A stretch of 64,000 nucleotides of DNA from a virus. Taxonomy: Duplodnaviria > Heunggongvirae > Uroviricota > Caudoviricetes. The translations under genes and the position numbers were made by a program. The DNA lies in the IMG/VR virus record IMGVR_UViG_3300028601_000019, positions 68,130 through 132,129 of that record. One strand, given 5' to 3'. The notes beneath the pieces were generated by a model. It was not told the origin of the DNA. It saw only the letters and a program-made list of their open reading frames with translations, and searched no databases. Positions 62,827 to 64,000 of this stretch are shown one piece after another; position 1 is the stretch's first letter, and each line of letters begins with the position of its first letter.

Positions 62827-63778
62827 TTAGTCATTTTGAAAATAAGTTGGCTCTGGTAGTGCAATCTTAAAATTCAGGAGATCCTTGAATTTACAATGAT
62901 AAACCTGTCTAACTGAAACGCCTCCAAATCTATCAAAATCATTACAAAAATTTACAAAGAAAACTAAAGGCTCATCAAACTCCAGAGTGAATTCACCATC
63001 TTCAATATAAAATGCCCCATACTCTTCTTCAAATACAACTTCATCAACGCCATAAGAGTTATAAACTGCATCTTTCATTAGCCGTGTAGTTGTAGAAACA
63101 AAATATTCTTCACCATCTTCGTCAAACATATCTTTAACAAGATCTTTTTTAATGTAGTCTCCAAAGTGAGAAACAAGATCATCATAATCTTGACAAACGG
63201 AATTCATCATCTTTAACATATCTTCTTTTGAACTAACAAGAAAGAACAATGGAAGACCAAAGAAATCTTGGTTAGTTTTAAACTCAGTCTCTGATAACAT
63301 CTTATTGATTAACATGATAAAATCTCCTTAAAAAATGAATAAAGTAATTTTCCACAATAGAAAAAGAAACTATTGAAGAAGATAAAGAATGACGTATATT
63401 TTAAAGTTTCGTTAAATTCAAAAGTTTTAAATGGAAAATAATCTCTTACACTAAAAAAGGTGAACCCAGCGCCAATACAAGTAAACAAAACGGTATCTTT
63501 AGATACAAGAAATGGTCCAATGTTTAAAAGTAAAACAAAAACACCTATAAAAATTATCATATATTCTCCTATTTTAGCCTTTTAAAATTTAATAAAAAGA
63601 AATCTTTATGCTCCTTTTGAAACTCTTTAATAAATGCAGCAAGATTTTCACTCACTTCCAAATCATATGTTGTTTCAACAATTCTCCATGATCTAATGGC
63701 ATTATTGTTTTTATCCACCCATTCAAAAGTCACATACCAAACATATTTGTTCAAAAACTTTTTTATTCTTTGAAACAT
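62827..63778 (-). other. Three small early genes (62827-63315 acidic, 63309-63560 membrane, 63569-63778)
   Basis: Abutting intact ORFs. Confidence 0.55.
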
Positions 63779-64000
63779 TCTAATAACCTCACTTTAGCGT
63801 CTGAGTTCATTTTTTCAAAACATTCTTGAAGAGTCTTTCCTTGTCTTAGAGCAAACATGATTCCAGAATATGGAAGATCTTTTACTTTAAGAGCATAGTC
63901 CTTTTGAGTAAGTTCCTCGGAGGAAATGCACTCAAATTTAAAATGAATGGCTTCTACCATGACACCATATGCATCAATCCAAGGATCAAAGTACTTTTTA
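63763..64000 (-). CDS. C-terminal part of a probable T4 Rnl1-like RNA ligase (truncated by the window edge)
   Basis: TQKDYALKVKDLPYSGIMFALRQGK resembles phage RNA ligase 1 C-termini. The catalytic domain is not visible. Confidence 0.4.
   Translation of the reverse strand, partial: KKYFDPWIDAYGVMVEAIHFKFECISSEELTQKDYALKVKDLPYSGIMFALRQGKTLQECFEKMNSDAKVRLLECFKE

Noticed and set aside
1-64000. tRNA genes (including a UGA suppressor) and CRISPR arrays
   Set aside because: I saw no T-loop/cloverleaf pattern or regularly spaced repeat-spacer array by eye. tRNAscan-SE/ARAGORN should confirm this.

Overview
This is a 64-kb segment of an AT-rich, T4-like (myovirus, probably large/jumbo) phage genome. 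Its main property is that it uses genetic code 4 (TGA = Trp). The supplied code-11 ORF track therefore breaks many genes into fragments and misses others; I rebuilt those by reading through TGA. Layout: 1-14.3 kb (+), baseplate hub, gp5 spike with a muramidase insert, gp25, gp6, wedge, tail fibres and a TGA-free multi-receptor-binding-protein cassette. 14.3-32.3 kb (mostly -), clamp and clamp loader, a TGA-rich island with PAAR and a glycosyltransferase, type II topoisomerase, HNH homing endonuclease, dCMP hydroxymethylase, dNMP kinases, dUTPase, ThyX and NAD-dependent ligase. 32.7-44 kb (+), a gp41 helicase fractured by a split intein with a Vsr-like endonuclease between the halves, RNase H, primase and a TGA-rich glycosylation operon containing a UDP-sulfoquinovose-synthase (SqdB-like) gene. 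46-64 kb (-), a dense array of small early genes with RNA-repair and translation-related enzymes, which avoids TGA both as sense and as stop codon. I found no tRNA, CRISPR array, reverse transcriptase or recombinase. Best leads: (1) code partitioning that may time gene expression, (2) a new natural gp41-type split intein locus, (3) an hmC-synthesising phage carrying an SqdB/GT4/methyltransferase glycosylation operon. All family assignments come from motif recognition by eye, not database searches.
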